A stretch of DNA of 64,000 nucleotides, from positions 270,955 to 334,954 of the forward strand of contig CAVQSL010000015.1 of NCBI GenBank assembly GCA_963715945.1. Reading direction: 5' to 3'. Position 1 is the first letter of the stretch. Each line of letters begins with the position of its first letter. This DNA is from an uncultured bacterium (GTDB taxonomy: Bacteria > Fidelibacterota > Marinisomatia > Marinisomatales > JAHJCW01). The position numbers and the translations under genes were made by a program. The notes under the pieces are model-generated. The model did not search any database. It was not told where the DNA came from and was given only the letters and a program-made list of their open reading frames with translations. This document shows, one piece after another, positions 29,185-39,696 of this stretch.

Positions 29185-30321
29185 TTATTTATGGATACCC
29201 GGAGAATATTCCGGGTATTCTATATCATCATGACAAATATTGCATGTTGGTTCAACTCTAAAATCACGATCTAGGTGGCAATTTTCACAATCCATTTCAA
29301 TATGAGAATCACTTAGGGTTAACCCTGTAACATTATGGTTAAATACGTCTACCTCCCAGTGAATATGACAATCATCACACTTAGTAGATGGAGTAACAAA
29401 ATTACTAACAGAGTTGTGACATTTATTGCAATCAACATTTTTATGATAATGACTCAGTTCAAATCCTGTAGAAGTATAATGGCTAAATGCTGGTTTTTCT
29501 TTTGCTGAATGACAAAATCCACAGTTCTTTTCTACATGACAATTACAACAAGTTTCTACATGCTCAATATTTTGTCTATTAACCGCTGGTTTATCAATAT
29601 CATGACAGCGGTTGCAGTTATCACCCTTATGGCAGTCAGTACAATTTAGCCCAAATAAATTAACATGATCGGTATGATGAAAGGTTACTATTGGACCTTT
29701 AGTATATTTTGTTTTATAAACATATTTTTCTTCAGCCTCAATCCGCGGATGTGGCACTCCAATAATGTCGGTCTTATCTTGTTTTACTGTTTTATCGGAT
29801 TTTTGTACTTCCACATGGCAAAATTGACATGCATTCCCATGACTCCACTCCTTATGACAACCTAAGCATTGTCTATGATATGCACCTTTTAAACTTGGCT
29901 GACTCAAGTTTGCTAAATATGGGTCAATCGTATGGCACTTGCTACAGGGTGGTATTTCACCTGATTTTTCGGAATAATGATGACACAGTGTACAACCACC
30001 ACTCATATCTGACATTGAAGCGTGCAATTCATGGGAGAATACAACCGCCTTGTATAATTTCATTAGTTTATCAATTAGTACAATTTTCGGCCCTGCTTTA
30101 TATGTTTGCTTACTTGAAAATTGACCACCTGGTCGAGCACATTGCATCAAACAGGGATTAAATTTGGTGGGGTTTTCACAAGAATGGCAGGATCGACAAT
30201 AATCATTCATTTCAGGGTTTATAACTTTATGATTATTGGGATGCTGTGGGTCAACAATTTGTCCACTTATAAATATCGTTGTAAATAATAGTGCAATGAC
30301 CAATTTAAAAAGCATTTTCAT
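29185..30321 (-). CDS. 13-heme c-type cytochrome (periplasmic)
   Basis: 378-aa ORF with a signal peptide and 13 CXXCH motifs: CRSCH, CTLCH, CSKCH, CLGCH, CQFCH, CTDCH, CNRCH, CCNCH, CGFCH, CNKCH, CDDCH, CENCH, CNICH. Confidence 0.85.
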   Translation of the reverse strand: MKMLFKLVIALLFTTIFISGQIVDPQHPNNHKVINPEMNDYCRSCHSCENPTKFNPCLMQCARPGGQFSSKQTYKAGPKIVLIDKLMKLYKAVVFSHELHASMSDMSGGCTLCHHYSEKSGEIPPCSKCHTIDPYLANLSQPSLKGAYHRQCLGCHKEWSHGNACQFCHVEVQKSDKTVKQDKTDIIGVPHPRIEAEEKYVYKTKYTKGPIVTFHHTDHVNLFGLNCTDCHKGDNCNRCHDIDKPAVNRQNIEHVETCCNCHVEKNCGFCHSAKEKPAFSHYTSTGFELSHYHKNVDCNKCHNSVSNFVTPSTKCDDCHIHWEVDVFNHNVTGLTLSDSHIEMDCENCHLDRDFRVEPTCNICHDDIEYPEYSPGIHK

Positions 30322-30324
30322 TAG

Positions 30325-31527
30325 TTAATTCTCCATATCCTCAATTACCGGGAAGTTCAATGCAAAAAATCTATATAGAAGTATAATTAGCGAAATAAAA
30401 CCAACCGTTACTGCTATTTCTGTCCAGGCTGGAATGTAGGGACCTTTCGCATAAAGTGGTGCATAGCCTGTAATAAATACATTGAACCGATTTAATGCTA
30501 CACCGAAAACTACCAAAGCAGCTCCCGAGAATAGCCAAACTGGATTCTTTCTATTTTTTTCAAACATTAAAATAATGAACGGTACTATAATGCCAAAAAC
30601 CATTTCTATTAAAAACATGATTCCTTCAATACTTCCATCAAACAAATATATGTATGTTTCTCTATTTACTATGTCCATCACCTTTGCTCCAAAATATACT
30701 ATTAGCAAAATTGGAATAAATCTTGCTAATCTACTTAACACCGTTATCTCAGGCTTTAACTTAAATGATCTTGATGCAATTAAACTTTCAAAAATCACCA
30801 TTGCAAAACCAACCACAAATGCAGATAACAGAAACAAAAGCGGTAAGACAGGTGTATGCCAAAGCGGATGAAGTTTAGTAGTAGCAATTGCCATCAGCGT
30901 ACCTAAAGATGATTGATGCATACAGGAAAGAACAACACCCAAAATAATAAATACCGACATGAATTTACTTAAAGTTTTATCAAAAATATTCAGTAGCCAT
31001 TCGAAAAATCTATTTAATCTTTTCAAACCGCCTGGCAAGTCTACCTTGCCCATGAATCGCTCTATCACTACCGGAATAAATTCAATATATAATACTGTAA
31101 CATATGCTAAAACGCATAGTCCTACTTCTAGAAGTACCGAATTAGGATTCCAATAAAACGGAATTAAAACATGCCAAATATTATAATACCTTCCAAGGTC
31201 AGAGAATACCCCCAAGGCAACAAAGGTATATCCCAACATAGCTGTTAAGATTGCCGGCCTAATTATACTTTTATATCCCTTCCCATGTATAACATGTGCA
31301 ATAAAAGCCGTCATAAACCCACCGGCTGCTAACGCTACTCCGCAAGCCACATCAATAGCAATCCATATACCCCATGGATATTGATCATCAAGATTGGTAA
31401 CGGCACCAATACCAAATACAAATCTCGCCAATAGCGATAATAAGCCGATAACCGCCAAAACTGTGATTACGATTACTGCCGGTGTAAAATAACGTGGTTT
31501 TTCATATGAAAGCGTACTATTCATCAC
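30325..31527 (-). CDS. NrfD/PsrC/HmcC-family integral membrane quinone-interacting subunit
   Basis: 400-aa ORF with about 10 transmembrane helices. It is translationally coupled to the upstream FeS subunit by an 11-nt overlap, which is the typical NrfC-NrfD pairing. Confidence 0.7.
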   Translation of the reverse strand: MMNSTLSYEKPRYFTPAVIVITVLAVIGLLSLLARFVFGIGAVTNLDDQYPWGIWIAIDVACGVALAAGGFMTAFIAHVIHGKGYKSIIRPAILTAMLGYTFVALGVFSDLGRYYNIWHVLIPFYWNPNSVLLEVGLCVLAYVTVLYIEFIPVVIERFMGKVDLPGGLKRLNRFFEWLLNIFDKTLSKFMSVFIILGVVLSCMHQSSLGTLMAIATTKLHPLWHTPVLPLLFLLSAFVVGFAMVIFESLIASRSFKLKPEITVLSRLARFIPILLIVYFGAKVMDIVNRETYIYLFDGSIEGIMFLIEMVFGIIVPFIILMFEKNRKNPVWLFSGAALVVFGVALNRFNVFITGYAPLYAKGPYIPAWTEIAVTVGFISLIILLYRFFALNFPVIEDMEN

Positions 31528-32404
31528 CTTCCTCCTTTTTCATCACTTTCATAATAATACCTAATAAACCAAACAACATAACCGGTCCTGCAAATCCTTT
31601 AAATATTCCGTGTTGAATTGTTTCGGTTAATTGAGCAGGACTTTTATCACCCAGTTCAGGAAAACCAATGTCTGTAAAAGGTTGGTTTGATAGATACATC
31701 CAAGATGTCCCACCTACCTCGTGTTCCCCATAAATATGATTAACATATCTATCAGGATGGGTTCTAATGCGCTCATTAGCCACCTCTAGTAGATCATTTC
31801 TATGTCCAAAAAGAATTGCCTCAGTTGGACACACTTCAACACAAGCGGGTAATTGACCATTTTTAATTGTTCTATCAAAACATAAAGTACATTTACGGAC
31901 TTGGGGCGTTAACACTTTTTCATATTCGTAAGCCGGAATTTGGAAAGGGCAGGCAATCATGCAATACCTACAACCAATGCATATATCAGGATTATAATTT
32001 ACCGGACCATTTGGGTCCTTGGTTAAGGCTCCAACAATGCAAGCTGAGGCACAAGCAGGATGTTCACAATGCATACATTGAACTTTTACAGTCAAGTCTC
32101 CGCCATTAATTCCTTTTTCGGTATACGAGTTTACAACAGTGTATTGTTCTGAAGTTGGTCTGCGCATATTTTCAAATACTGAAGTGTCAGAGAACGAATC
32201 TAACGGTTGATTCGGAAGCTCATTTGCTTCATTACATGCCCATTCACATCTACGACAACCTATGCAGTAGGTTAGATCAGACAACACACCAAATCTATCG
32301 GGGTTTAATTCATCATGGTGCTTTGCTTTTAGACTTGATACACCAGCTAATGATCCTGAAGCAATAGCTAATGTTTTTAAAAATTCTCTCCGTTCAATTC
32401 CCAT
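31517..32404 (-). CDS. Tat-exported 4Fe-4S ferredoxin-type subunit (NrfC/HybA/HmcB-like) with C-terminal membrane anchor
   Basis: 295-aa ORF with twin-arginine signal ERREFLK. Four Cys clusters are present (CIGCRRCEWAC, CMHCEHPACASAC, CIGCRYCMIACP, CTLCFDR...PACVEVCP). The C-terminal helix is PVMLFGLLGIIMKVM. Confidence 0.8.
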   Translation of the reverse strand: MGIERREFLKTLAIASGSLAGVSSLKAKHHDELNPDRFGVLSDLTYCIGCRRCEWACNEANELPNQPLDSFSDTSVFENMRRPTSEQYTVVNSYTEKGINGGDLTVKVQCMHCEHPACASACIVGALTKDPNGPVNYNPDICIGCRYCMIACPFQIPAYEYEKVLTPQVRKCTLCFDRTIKNGQLPACVEVCPTEAILFGHRNDLLEVANERIRTHPDRYVNHIYGEHEVGGTSWMYLSNQPFTDIGFPELGDKSPAQLTETIQHGIFKGFAGPVMLFGLLGIIMKVMKKEEGDE

Positions 32405-32548
32405 TATTTATTTCCTGTTTAAAGTTTTCTATTATATATCATATAAAAATAGTAGGCAAAGAATTTGGCCAAACAAGACACCTAACTCCTCTTTTAATGA
32501 ATTAAATATTACTAAGATAATATAATGGAATCAAGAGTATTAAGGAAT

Positions 32549-32581
32549 AAAAAAAACGGCTCCAAATAAAGAGCCGTTTTT
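32549..32581 (-). terminator. rho-independent terminator ending the long cytochrome operon
   Basis: On the minus strand, aaaaacggctc-tttatttg-gagccg is followed by T8. It lies 24 nt after the stop of 32605..33318. Confidence 0.75.
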
Positions 32582-32604
32582 ATCATAGATAGCTAATTTA
32601 TATA

Positions 32605-33318
32605 TTATTTATTGTCCTGATCTTTTTTAGAGATAGAGAGCGAATCCATTTCTTTCTTTAAAAAATCTTTTTCTTCTTTCTTGGCATCTTCCAAATGAAG
32701 TGGATGTTCACGTTTATACATGTCTTCCGGCATCTTTCCTGTTAACCAAGATGTATTCATTGGATAGACATGTGGGTTAAACAACGTTGAATATAAATGC
32801 CATACTCCAATAGCTAATGTTGCTAGCCATGCTTCCCAATAATGTATTATGAGTGACACATCAAGGAATCCTTTTGGTAGAAATAGACTAAAGTAGTTGT
32901 CAAACCAGAGGAATATTCCTGTTATTATCATTACAGCAGTTCCCCAAACCAGTGCCCAATACTCAGCTTTTTCTATATAACTAAAGCGTTTGAATTGTGG
33001 TGCCTTATCCCGCTTACCAAGATTATACATGATTCTTTCGTAGAATTGTCTAAAATCTACCAGATTTGGCCACATATCCTTGAAAAATGCCTTACCTCTT
33101 GGTGTAACTAAAATGAACAGTATGTGCCAAAGTACTGTAACGATAAATATAACTGCTGAGATCCTATGGATCAATCCTCTTAACTCAAATCCGCGTTCCC
33201 AACCAAAGAATAAATTTGTTATCCATGAATCACTAAAACGCAGTGCAAAACCTGAAATAACTAAAGCAATGAAACTAACCATTGTTAAAGTATGTTGCCA
33301 TACTTCGGAAGTTCTCAT
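32605..33318 (-). CDS. b-type cytochrome membrane subunit (FdnI/HydC-like, Ni_hydr_CYTB family)
   Basis: 237-aa ORF with 4-5 transmembrane helices carrying conserved His residues (WQHTL, LIHRISAVIFIVTVLWHILF, IIHYWEAWLATLAIGVWHLY). It starts 4 nt after the 11-heme gene. Confidence 0.7.
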   Translation of the reverse strand: MRTSEVWQHTLTMVSFIALVISGFALRFSDSWITNLFFGWERGFELRGLIHRISAVIFIVTVLWHILFILVTPRGKAFFKDMWPNLVDFRQFYERIMYNLGKRDKAPQFKRFSYIEKAEYWALVWGTAVMIITGIFLWFDNYFSLFLPKGFLDVSLIIHYWEAWLATLAIGVWHLYSTLFNPHVYPMNTSWLTGKMPEDMYKREHPLHLEDAKKEEKDFLKKEMDSLSISKKDQDNK

Positions 33319-33322
33319 TCTT

Positions 33323-34570
33323 CTAACTTGCGGCTTTCTGCATAGAGTTCACGATTTGCCGAATTAGATCTATGATCCAGTGAATTAACATAGCACCAAT
33401 GATTACAATTATTGCAATGATATATATTTTTTCTATCATATCGGCAATTGGAGTATGCAGACCGCGGTTGGTAAAACCATGTATTGGTGTAGCAGCTAAT
33501 CGTTCGGAAATCTTTGGATGGCATTCTCCGCAAGTATGCTGAAGATTCGTTGGATGGATGGATGACTCTTCGTTTTTACTGGGTAGTATTCTGTGAACAC
33601 CATGGCAACTAGCACAATTCGCAACATGCGTATCACCAGACTTACTTTTTAATCCGTGATAACTGTCTACAAAAGTACGCAATCTTCCAGCCGGCATACC
33701 ATATTTTTCGTTAAGTCGAGCAGAATCATGACAGGGGGCACAGGTCATTTCTGCAACTTTTGCTTTTGAAACGGGAGAACTTGGATCATCAGGAGAAATA
33801 ATTCCATGTTCACCGTGACAATGTGTACAAACGGGAGCATCTGTTTCTCCCCTTGCAGCCAATTGTCCATGAATTCCATCCCAATAATCTTTTTCAACAC
33901 CTTTATGACATTTACCACATGTTTTTGGAATGTTGAAATGGTTAATTGTAGACTCTGCATGGCCAGGTGAATATATCTTGTGTGCAGTTTCACCGGTGGA
34001 GTGACAGTCATTACATGTGGCAGCTACATATACTCCCCCCATAGAAGCCTGTCCATGTACACTTTTTTCATATATTTGTCCTGGGTGATCAATTAACATA
34101 TCATATCTAGCCGTAAGATCTAGGTCTTCATGGCATTTTCCACAGGTCGCTGGCAGATTTGTAGGATGTGCCATAGAATTTCGATCTTCTGATGGTAACA
34201 CATTATGATCGCCATGGCAATCAGCGCAATTTGGCATATCAGGAACTTCTCCAATTAGTGCAACACCATGAGCTTTGTATTGATCAGCGGCGTCTTTGTG
34301 ACAAGTTCTACAACCCTGGTCGGCAACCATAAAATTAGTAGCTTCACGATGTGGATCGGTATTTTTATCGCTATGACAATCTAAACAACCAAGACCCTTG
34401 TGTATCGAGCGCGAAATGTCCTTTTCTATATCAGTTCCGTGTGCACTCTCTTCATGACAATCAACACACGAATCTTCATCTATGTAGTCATAACCCGTAC
34501 CTTGAGAAAATAATAAGGATATTGGGACTATCAGAATGAGAGATAATATTATCTTATTTAATTTGTTCAT
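33323..34570 (-). CDS. 11-heme c-type cytochrome with C-terminal membrane helix (doubled-CXXCH type)
   Basis: 415-aa ORF with a signal peptide and 11 CXXCH motifs. Repeated CxxCH...H...P.S...TC..CH spacing is visible. The C-terminal helix is IYIIAIIVIIGAMLIHWII. Confidence 0.85.
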   Translation of the reverse strand: MNKLNKIILSLILIVPISLLFSQGTGYDYIDEDSCVDCHEESAHGTDIEKDISRSIHKGLGCLDCHSDKNTDPHREATNFMVADQGCRTCHKDAADQYKAHGVALIGEVPDMPNCADCHGDHNVLPSEDRNSMAHPTNLPATCGKCHEDLDLTARYDMLIDHPGQIYEKSVHGQASMGGVYVAATCNDCHSTGETAHKIYSPGHAESTINHFNIPKTCGKCHKGVEKDYWDGIHGQLAARGETDAPVCTHCHGEHGIISPDDPSSPVSKAKVAEMTCAPCHDSARLNEKYGMPAGRLRTFVDSYHGLKSKSGDTHVANCASCHGVHRILPSKNEESSIHPTNLQHTCGECHPKISERLAATPIHGFTNRGLHTPIADMIEKIYIIAIIVIIGAMLIHWIIDLIRQIVNSMQKAAS

Positions 34571-34587
34571 ATGCTACCTATCTTATT

Positions 34588-36555
34588 TTAATTAGAGATT
34601 TTACTTATTAAGTCTTTGTACTTGTCTAGCAATCCTGAAACTAATTCTATATTATGAACACCTAGACTTTTATCGTTTTCTATTTTTTCGATTCCATTTC
34701 TAATCGAATCGACTTTTTGCCGATTGGCTTTGTCCAAATCATAATATACTAAGTTATTTAAATTTTGCTTGATCTCAAAAATCATTGTTTCGGTATTATT
34801 CTGCCAATTCCTTACTAGTTCATCATAGTTAGACTCATGGCAATTACTGCAATTCTTTCCCTGCTCCGCGGATATTTTTTCTTCATCATCTTCATGACAA
34901 TTGTTACAGTCAATATCAGCTTCAAACATAACGTCCGGCAAGATTGTGTCAGAAATTTCTATTGTTCCATCATATAGATGTGCTTGAATTTGGTGACACT
35001 TTACACAATTAGTTTCTTCTTGTGAATGATGACAGGTTAAGCACGCATCCCTTGTAACTGTTGTTTCACCATGAGAAGTTTTATGAGAATGGCAGGAAAG
35101 GCATTCAAGTTTATTCTTTTGAATGTGCGTTTCATGATCAAATAGTATTCCAAATGCTTCAACTTTTTTATTTTCCTGCCCATAATGACAATTTTGGCAT
35201 TTTGATGGCTTTGCAGTATTATATAGCTGGAATGGCGGCAAAGACAAGTCAGAACCGACTGACTTTAATACTTTTTTGAGATTACCATAGGCATCTAAGA
35301 GCAACTGATCAGAATATGCCACATTATGAACTACATTTCCTGTTTCAACTAATTGATAATTATATGTAGCATCTTTTAATAGTTTTGTATTACTGCTGGA
35401 CATTTTTCCAACACTATTAATTTGGTCTAAGCCAAGCTTAACTAAACTTAGCTTTTCTTTCATATTGTCTTCCCATTGTTGATACAGTCTAGCATATCCT
35501 TGGCCATGACATTTTTCGCAGGATTTACCAGTAGCGCGTGTTTTGCCTGAAATACCAAATTCTGACTCATGGATAAATGTGACATGCTTTGCAATTTAGT
35601 CCTGCCGTGAACATGGGATTGGGATGATTGACAACATTTTTACCACCTGTTCCAGAGAAAAGATCAAACTGCGCTCTATGTGGTGTTTCATGACATTCTT
35701 GGCAGTCCGGGAATATATCTGCTGTGCGTGCAATAGATTTATGTTGAATTGGTATATGACAGTTTTCACATTCTACCTTGTGGTCTGTTACATGCATTTT
35801 GTGAATAAATTCTGGATCAGATATTTTTTCAAGCTTGCCTTTTTCTGCATGACATGAACTACAGCGACCTTCTAACACATCACCGGTTCCAATTACCATT
35901 CCACCATGACAATTTGTACACTCAATTTTTTGTGCGTTTACAAAACTGTGATCATATTTTACCGGTGAGTTACCACTAGCGACGGGAGCTATATGACACC
36001 AAGTACAATCATTCATGGATTTATCATCATCAACATTTTTAAAATGACATAGGAAACAAGTTGATTCTGTAACAGTCATGTGTTCGCCTTGAACAATTTG
36101 TGAATGGCAACTGGTACAGCGCAATTTTTTATTGCGTTTTAAGTTATTCAAATGAGAATTATGATTGAAATGGATATCTTGTTTAAATATTACATCCTTA
36201 TTTAATTGTTGCTCTGCATGACATCCTGAACGCAGACAGCTTGCATCTTCTATTTCTGCTAATGGTTTGCTCTTTTTGTACACTCCTGTAAAATAATTTA
36301 CAACCATAGATGCTGCAGTAAACTTTCCTTTGACTTTAGATTTGAATCCAGGTGGAAAATGACATTTTGTACAAGTTACATCTGAATGACTGGACGTTTT
36401 CCAGTCTTCAACATAAGGTTGCATGAAATGGCATGATGAACAAAAATTAGGTCTTGATGTTAATTCTGCAGCACCCCACAATAGTGCTAATAGCAATACA
36501 ATACTTGACAGAATGAGACGAAACTTATTTTTGCGATTTTACCGATACGACTCAT
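34588..36555 (-). CDS. about 17-heme cytochrome with NapC/NirT-type membrane-anchored N terminus (frame break near 35580; N terminus uncertain)
   Basis: ORF 35567..36496 has the NapC/NirT signature (TSRPNFCSSCHFMQPYVEDWKTSSHSDVTCTKCH) and 10 CXXCH. A bridging frame (FIHESEFGISGKTRATGKSCEKCHGQGYARLYQQWEDNM) joins it to ORF 34588..35463, which has 6 CXXCH. The ATG at 36555 (MSRIGKIAKISFVS) needs one more shift. Confidence 0.7.
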
Positions 36556-36683
36556 TAGCGGCTAGCCAAACGTACCAAATAAAATCAACACCAATAAAAT
36601 TAATCCGATTAATAAAAATGTATAACCAATAATGAAAGTATAAAATCTTTGCCCAACGAGGTAGTGGTGGAATTAACTTAGAC

Positions 36684-37374
36684 TTATATTCTATTTTTGT
36701 AAGACTCTGCAAATTCTAGGGATCTTTCTTCCTCAAATTTACCTTCAGGAATTCTACCCGGTAAAAATCACTTCGTCCATAGGGAAGGCTCCTGGTCTAA
36801 GATGAGTATTAAAGAAGTGGACTACAAAAATGAAACCAGTTGCTAATAATGCTTCTTCGGAATGAATTATATGAGCAGCATTAATTATCCATCCCGGGAA
36901 CAATGATGAGAACGCCTCAGGAAACCACAATGTTAATCCTGATGACCCAATAATTAACATACCCCAAACAACTGCAAAATAATCAAACTTCTCCCAATAT
37001 GTCCATTTACCCCAAGCCGGTTCTTCCTTTTTAATTCCAACAAAGTATGCCATGTGATTAAAGAAATCTTTTATGTCCTGAACTCTTGGGACCAAACTGT
37101 TGTACACCGGTGAATATACCTTTCTCTTGCTTTATAAATGCTTTATGAAAGACCTTTCCAAGATGGATAACAAATACAACACCCATAGTGAATGCCGCAA
37201 TTCTATGCAATAATGCTGCTTGCTCGAAACCAATGACATTATGCACCAACCATGTAGCCATTTTGGAATGGGCATATTTTAGTGGAAGACCTGTTCCGGC
37301 AAGTATTAAGAAATGAAAGTGCCATTAAAGAAATGTAGAATTCTTTCCAATATAGCAAATCTTTCAACTCGCAT
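36684..37374 (-). pseudogene. b-type cytochrome membrane subunit (paralog of 32605..33318), about 3 frame breaks
   Basis: The ATG at 37374 gives MRVERFAILERILHF. ORFs 37058..37261 and 36754..37107 carry the His-containing helices (LLHRIAAFTMGVVFVIHLG, IIHSEEALLATGFIFVVHFF). The tail GRIPEGKFEEERSLEFAESYKNRI ends at 36684. Confidence 0.6.
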
Positions 37375-37381
37375 TTTGGTT

Positions 37382-39076
37382 TTAATTAGGTTTTTTAATT
37401 GGACCATGTTTAATCCGTCGAATCATTAATCTTATTAACCAAAGAACGGTATGACTGCCAAATACTGTAACACACTCACCAAGCAACCATAACATAAAAG
37501 TGTTAATCCAGCTTAATACTTTGTTATCGGATTTTGTATGAGGTGTATAATGTTGCAAAAATTGAACAAAATTGTCATTAACATTATCATGGCATTGTGC
37601 GCACGTAGCAATTATATTATCTTTCCCAACGGAAGATGCTGGATCATCACTTGGTAATATTGAGTGATTATCATGACAGGATACACATGTAGCGAATTTT
37701 TCTCCTTGATATCCAAGCTGGTACATTTGTCCATGATAGGAAGTCTCATAACCTTCTACTACATCAGGATTTAATTGAAATTGCATAGTAAGATCACGAT
37801 CACCATGGCATCGGCTACATAATTCAACAATAGAGTGGCCGAAAAATTGCTCTTCTGATTTACTGATTCGTTTTTCATCATGACAATCAATACATCCTGG
37901 TGATTCTAAGTGACCTCTCGCACGAGTCACATAATGAGTAGAATTTTCGTACTGCTTTTGTTGCTCCTGATGACAATCAGCACATGATTTTTCTAATGCT
38001 CTATCTTTTTCATGTTCGGGTGCCATATAATGATATGTATGACAATCTCCACAATTTGATTCTTTACCCATGGCAACTTTAGCAATCTCTTCGCGATGAA
38101 TTGCGCCATGAGCTCTGTCTTCTTCAATTATTAAACTACCTTCATGACATTTAATACAAATTTCATCTAATTTTATGTCAAATACATTAGTAGCAACTGC
38201 CACCATGCATTTCTGTTTGGTGCCCCGTATGGCAAACAACACATGTTTCCAATCGAGGATCGTCATTTTCATCGTGGACGGTGAATTGAAGCTTCATACC
38301 CAGCATGGCAGTTCATACAAATTTTATCTAGCTTCGCAACCGATACAATGCTTTCAGTATCACGAGGTGACAAAACCCGATGTGTTGCGTGACAATCAGT
38401 ACAAATAGGAGCTTTTAGGTTTCCTGATGCTACTTGTTTATAGTGAGCACTATTATCATAGTTTTGCGACTTCTCGAGCATGGCATCCACGACACTCTTC
38501 TGTTATTTTTATTTTCCAATCTTTTTTTGAATAACGCTGATCTTTCATCTTTTTCATGCGGTGAGTGGCAAGAAACACAATTAAGATTATCATGTTTATT
38601 GGGCAATCCCCAATGTGCAGAGTTTAAAAAATCATCTAATACATCTTTATGGCAAATTCCGCAGACTTGTCGTGGCTCACCTTTCCAGGTAACTGAATGT
38701 GTACCATGACAATCAGTACAAGTTGGAATAGATTTATAACCTTTCTTTCTTAAGCGGATCAAAAAAGTGATCGATAAATTCTTCTTGGGCACCTTCGTGG
38801 CAATTTCCGCAGAAAGGTAAGTCTAAATTTTTTGCATGCGGAAAATTCTTCTACACCATATAGATCCTCATGACAATCTACACATGCAAATCCTTCGTGT
38901 GGAGAGTTCTCGAGGTGTTCATCGGTTACATAAAGTGATACTTCAATTCCTCTAAGAACTTTTGTTAGCGTATCATCTTCATGGCAAGATACACAAACAT
39001 CATTATCTTGTGAGAATAGAAGAAGGGGAATTCCAATAAACAATACTAATTTTTTGAAATTCCCCATCAAAGTCAC
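37382..39076 (-). pseudogene. about 17-heme c-type cytochrome with C-terminal membrane helix (longer paralog of 33323..34570), at least 6 frame breaks
   Basis: Fragments 38759..39076 (signal peptide plus 2 CXXCH), 38430..38792, 38269..38490 and 37382..38272 are collinear. Additional CXXCH motifs (CGNCH, CRGCH, CVVCH) are readable only in bridging frames. One break sits on a T7 run at 38522-38528. Confidence 0.65.
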
Positions 39077-39090
39077 TTAAAAATTATATT

Positions 39091-39676
39091 TTATTTAGAC
39101 GGATTCGGATGAGCGAATTCAGCAACCTTTTCATCGTATTTGAATGGTTTGTGGGTTGGACTGTTTTCATTATGACATGCAGTACATGTTGCTTTGTTAA
39201 CTTTTAATAAACCAACCGAAGCGGCTGTAATTTCACCGGCAAGAATTGCCTTTTTGACTTTACTTGATTTAAATTCGCTACCAGCTCCATGACAAGCTTC
39301 ACAACCAACGGCTTGTAATCCTTCCATTCTTTTCACTGCTTTTGCACCGTCTTTATCATCTGCTGTAGGATTCCAGAAAGTGTCACCTTTTACTTCATAA
39401 CCACCTTTCCCAAATCCGGTTGTATGGCATTTTAAACATTCAGGTGCTTTCCATGCTTCAACTTTAATTCCTTTTTCCTTTGGCAATTTTAGCCGATTTC
39501 TCGGATTTTAACGTTTCAAAAGCCTTAGCATGAACACTTGCTTCCCATTTTGTGAATTGAGCGCCTTTTTCAGTTTTATTATGGCACATTTTGCAGCTGG
39601 CACTTCCAACATATTCGAAACCCTGCGCAAGTATAAAAGTCGATAATGTTAGAAACACGATAATTAATTTTTTCAT
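39091..39676 (-). CDS. tetraheme cytochrome c (cytochrome c554-like family), one frame break at a T5 run near 39475
   Basis: ORFs 39464..39676 (signal peptide, CKMCH) and 39091..39486 (CLKCH, CEACH, CTACH) together give about 195 aa. Confidence 0.7.
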
Positions 39677-39696
39677 TCTGTCTCCTTAATCTATTT

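Noticed and set aside
36556-36683. An independent small membrane-protein gene between the broken cytochrome b gene and the NapC/NirT-type gene.
   Set aside because: The transmembrane-helix-encoding frame has no start codon of its own and is in frame with the downstream ATG, apart from one TAG. It is more simply read as a disrupted N-terminal extension, as discussed in the findings.
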